This document shows positions 8,401-13,223 of a stretch of 13,223 bases of DNA, piece by piece (position 1 is the first letter of the stretch; each line of letters starts with the position of its first letter). The notes beneath the pieces were generated by a model. The model saw nothing but the letters and a program-made list of their open reading frames with translations. It made no database searches and was not told the origin of the DNA. Source of the stretch: Myxococcales bacterium (GTDB taxonomy: Bacteria > Myxococcota_A > UBA9042 > JABWCM01 > BTVJ01). The DNA lies in assembly GCA_045863395.1 (NCBI GenBank), contig BTVJ01000137.1:1-13223 (forward strand), written 5' to 3'. Position numbers and translations under genes: made by a program.

Positions 8401-9298
8401 CATCGATCTGCTCGATCTCCGCCGCGGTGAGCACGTCGGCCAGCGGGACCTCCGTGGTGTCCCCCAGGTCCGCCACGACGCGCTTGCCCTCCATGGGGAA
8501 CGCGCGCCGGAGGTCCGCCAGGAAGCTGTCCACGGACGCATAGCGGGACACCGGATCCGAGGCCGTCGCCTTGACGAACAGCTCGTCTAGCGTAGATGAG
8601 ACGTCCTCGGCCTGTGCTGAGAGCGGGATTCCCGGGCGCACCGCCGCGCGGGCGACCAGCTCCCCGGTGAGCAGGGCGAGGGCGAACAGGTCGCTCTGCC
8701 GCGACTCCTCGCCGGCCCGAAGGAGCTGCTCCGGCGCCAGGTAGTGATCGGCGAGGGGGTCCTCGCCCGTAGACCAGCGCACCTTCGCTCGCCCCACGAG
8801 GAAGAACGGGTCCGTGACCTTCACCGCCTCGCCTGAGACGAAGATGTTCTCGGGCTTCAGGTTCCCATGCACGCCGAGCTGGTGGATCCACCGCAGCGCC
8901 GACGCGACGCCCTCGATGACGAAGCGGACCTCGGCGGGGGACAGCGGGTCTCCCGAGTCGTGGCGGAGCATCTGGATGGTCCGCAGGTTCAGCCCCTCGA
9001 TGAGGTCCTCGGTGACGAACGGGGGCGAGCCGTCCTCGGGGATCACCATGTCGTGGAACACCACGATGTTGGGATGCTGGAAGGCCCGAGCCCGCTGCAC
9101 GCGGAACGCGTTCACCGCCCTGCGGTCGTCCTCGAAGTACGCCGGGTGCAGCACCTTCAGCGCGACGCCGCGCCTGAGCGCCAGGTCGATGGCCTTGAAC
9201 ACGGCCCCGATGGGGCCCTTTCCGATGTACTCGACGAGCTGGTAGCGACCCTGAAGGACTTCGCCCACCGGGGGAAGCCAGCGCTCCGTGACGACCAT
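5483..9298 (-). CDS. Membrane-anchored Ser/Thr protein kinase-like (pseudokinase) protein with acidic linker, TM helix, TolA-like stalk and C-terminal FGE-sulfatase/SUMF1-like domain, about 1271 aa
   Basis: The start is reassigned from 9469 to ATG 9298 (AAGAGG RBS; MVVTERWLPPVGEVLQGRYQL). Hanks motifs: GKGPIGAVF, VALKVL, HPNIV, HGNLKPENI, KVTDPFF, YLAPEQ, SDLFALA, RY. TM helix FALAAGIVLIVGAAIYTYV at about 6910-6967. AEEAKK repeats at about 6035-6545. The C-terminal domain (about 5483-5990) has CPAGM, FCIEPYEFP, RLCTSAEW, YPYG, GLFDMSGNVSEW and VGFRCC. Confidence 0.9.
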   Translation of the reverse strand: MVVTERWLPPVGEVLQGRYQLVEYIGKGPIGAVFKAIDLALRRGVALKVLHPAYFEDDRRAVNAFRVQRARAFQHPNIVVFHDMVIPEDGSPPFVTEDLIEGLNLRTIQMLRHDSGDPLSPAEVRFVIEGVASALRWIHQLGVHGNLKPENIFVSGEAVKVTDPFFLVGRAKVRWSTGEDPLADHYLAPEQLLRAGEESRQSDLFALALLTGELVARAAVRPGIPLSAQAEDVSSTLDELFVKATASDPVSRYASVDSFLADLRRAFPMEGKRVVADLGDTTEVPLADVLTAAEIEQIDAVRAARNAERLAAEGAWIPPAMPSDVPPADAVDVAEDLEDVPWHPEAEVASASIRAEGVEALVEPVARVAGSDAEDEVTLDWDDELETSAPPAWLSKDGRPLVADDNLFERTLVDTLEDSRLRLEVLRHVRESKAATLARPDSAPDGVEQVVGVEELTDSGFDARVVPAAPPETAGDEGGEAEAPDVETALDEAADTAAGVSDVGAPLEDEDSLTATSMIRADVPSEEGEDEIDLELEDVLAEGDAAAEILLDGELDEVLEADGDESDVELVMAVAEAEDAGGGLAGGGAPDFSVPGLPEEAADALPAALADAGLRRRATDERPTGQQTSVLPLPRQAGSVAGEAEHATGLPMPEDHDATIVLERARVHIPGQPAADRRVEASDEDLILAPDEEEPILLEGDEEPAAEVPARPERPSYTEDATLDVGMAEVMLVPLRPHPKQAATEAAASARTATGIGGQERAVATPSAPRKGGAGARFALAAGIVLIVGAAIYTYVQYAGAPAAKKGDAVATGNPADGPKPVAVAQAAPDTGLGTARPDDAGAIAAAPDTGAIAAAADAGQQDAGQTAQADTASQVAAAGDAGKPDGVTLTAQATEDGTVAGTASSASGDAQSAESLAAEEARKAEEQTRLAAEEAKRAEEEAAKRAADEAAAKLAAEEAKKAEEAKKAEEAKKAEAEEAKKLAEAKKAEEAKKLAEAKKAEEAAKKELTPAEVAANEAREKAKAEAKAAALAEKKALAEMSAAQRAEAKRQKDEELRLKKEAQKAAKEEAARKKAEEKAAKEAQKAAVVAAATPDPDDDGDLKCPAGMRKISTSTTRTVAGHKVIEKGAFCIEPYEFPGAGQKPKVNVDWFGATRACEGRGRRLCTSAEWKRGCGGVYPYGKTYDSTACNTMGENGEEREIKPAGSMKRCKSGYGLFDMSGNVSEWTADKTVNGGNAVNDDASATCSRSPKRLESSPASYVGFRCCADPE
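6377..6430. repeat. 18-bp coding tandem repeat (3 perfect copies, AEEAKK) inside a larger degenerate Ala/Glu/Lys repeat region (about 6035-6545)
   Basis: CTTCTTGGCCTCCTCGGC occurs at 6377-6394, 6395-6412 and 6413-6430. Degenerate copies (LAEAKK, AEEAAKK) flank it. Confidence 0.9.
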
Positions 9299-9420
9299 GT
9301 GAACCTCTTGCGGCGGCTCGTCCCACCGGGCGGGCTGCGGCGCGGGCGCGCCGGGAGACCGTGGCGGGTCGGGGCTTCGGGCCGGGCCCACACGGGCGCC
9401 CAGCCTTTTGCGAACGGCGA

Positions 9421-12642
<3,222 letters not shown>

Positions 12643-13050
12643 GCTCGACGCGCTTGACGATGGCGCGCACGGAGGCGGTCTCCGCCGGGATGAACGCACC
12701 CATCTCCTGCGTGGAGGTTGCCTTGGCCTCCACGAGCGTCGGCGCGACCTGGCTCCACGGGAAGGACTTGAGGACGGCCCCGTCGGGCCCCAGGTACTCC
12801 AACTCCAAGTGAACGCCCTGCACGGCCTGACCGCCGTAGTTGAACACCCTCATGGTGGCTCGCAGGTCCTCCCCCTTGCGCGCCATGGCCACGAACTCCA
12901 GGGCCACCGGGGCGCCGTCCGCGGGGCGCTCGGGCCACTCGGGACCCACTGCTGCCTGCGGCGGAGGGTCCTTGGCGGCGCCCGCGGGCGGCTCGGCCTT
13001 CTTGCACGCTGCCAGCGCGAGCACCGCGGTGAGGGCCAGCGCCACGCGGC

Positions 13051-13221
13051 TCACTCGAGCACCACTTGCACGATCACCACGGTCACGTTGTCCCGGCCCC
13101 CGTGATCGCAGGCGCCCTGGATCAGGCGCTCCACGGCGGCCTCCAGCTTGCCGTCGCACTGGGTGAGGACCTCCGTGATGCCCTCGTCGGTCACCTCGCC
13201 GGTCAGCCCGTCGGAGCAGAG
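13051..13221 (-). CDS. 3' end of a PP2C/PPM-family Ser/Thr protein phosphatase (Stp1/PrpC-like); 5' part lies outside the window
   Basis: Manual translation gives ...LCSDGLTGEVTDEGITEVLTQCDGKLEAAVERLIQGACDHGGRDNVTVVIVQVVLE*, with the PP2C metal-binding motifs LCSDGL and GGRDNVT. It is absent from the ORF track. Confidence 0.93.
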   Translation of the reverse strand, partial: LCSDGLTGEVTDEGITEVLTQCDGKLEAAVERLIQGACDHGGRDNVTVVIVQVVLE

Positions 13222-13223
13222 CA

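Noticed and set aside
5360..8543. Plus-strand ORFs 5360..7054 (Leu/Gly-rich), 6249..6719 and 7119..8543 (Ser/Ala-rich)
   Set aside because: Their compositions are what the reverse complement of the AEEAKK repeats and the acidic linker would produce, so they are not independent genes.
9380..9409. GC hairpin followed by TTTT on the plus strand, as a terminator or riboswitch
   Set aside because: The stem is bulged, the U-tract is only 4 nt, no plus-strand gene ends upstream, and I recognise no riboswitch consensus on either strand.
13055..13159. N-terminal 35 aa of ORF 12608..13159
   Set aside because: This stretch is the PP2C coding sequence in another frame. The signal peptide begins at GTG 13054.

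Overview
A GC-rich (roughly 70% by eye) bacterial chromosomal segment. Gene content and protein style suggest a myxobacterial or deltaproteobacterial origin, which is an inference. From left to right the window holds: (1) the 5' end of a minus-strand lipoprotein gene with TDTGGGGT tandem repeats, missed by the ORF track; (2) a divergent, partly AT-rich intergenic region; (3) a plus-strand Cys/Gly-rich lipoprotein gene split by an apparent 1-bp frameshift near 905-916; (4) a tightly coupled glycerolipid cluster of a PlsB-like glycerol-3-phosphate acyltransferase, gpsA and a DxDxT (App1/HAD-like) putative phosphatidate phosphatase; (5) a convergent minus-strand pair, consisting of a ~1271-aa membrane receptor-like Ser/Thr pseudokinase (HRD->HGN, DFG->DPF, long acidic linker, one TM helix, TolA-like AEEAKK stalk, C-terminal FGE-sulfatase-like domain) and a 205-aa hypothetical gene; (6) a divergent promoter region; (7) ligA, ATGA-coupled to an NDP-sugar nucleotidyltransferase; (8) a minus-strand lipoprotein gene GTGA-coupled to the 3' end of a PP2C phosphatase gene, also missed by the ORF track. 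I saw no RNA genes, mobile elements or CRISPR arrays. The best leads are the predicted catalytically dead, periplasm-spanning receptor and the putative DHAP->G3P->LPA/PA->DAG operon with an App1-like phosphatase.
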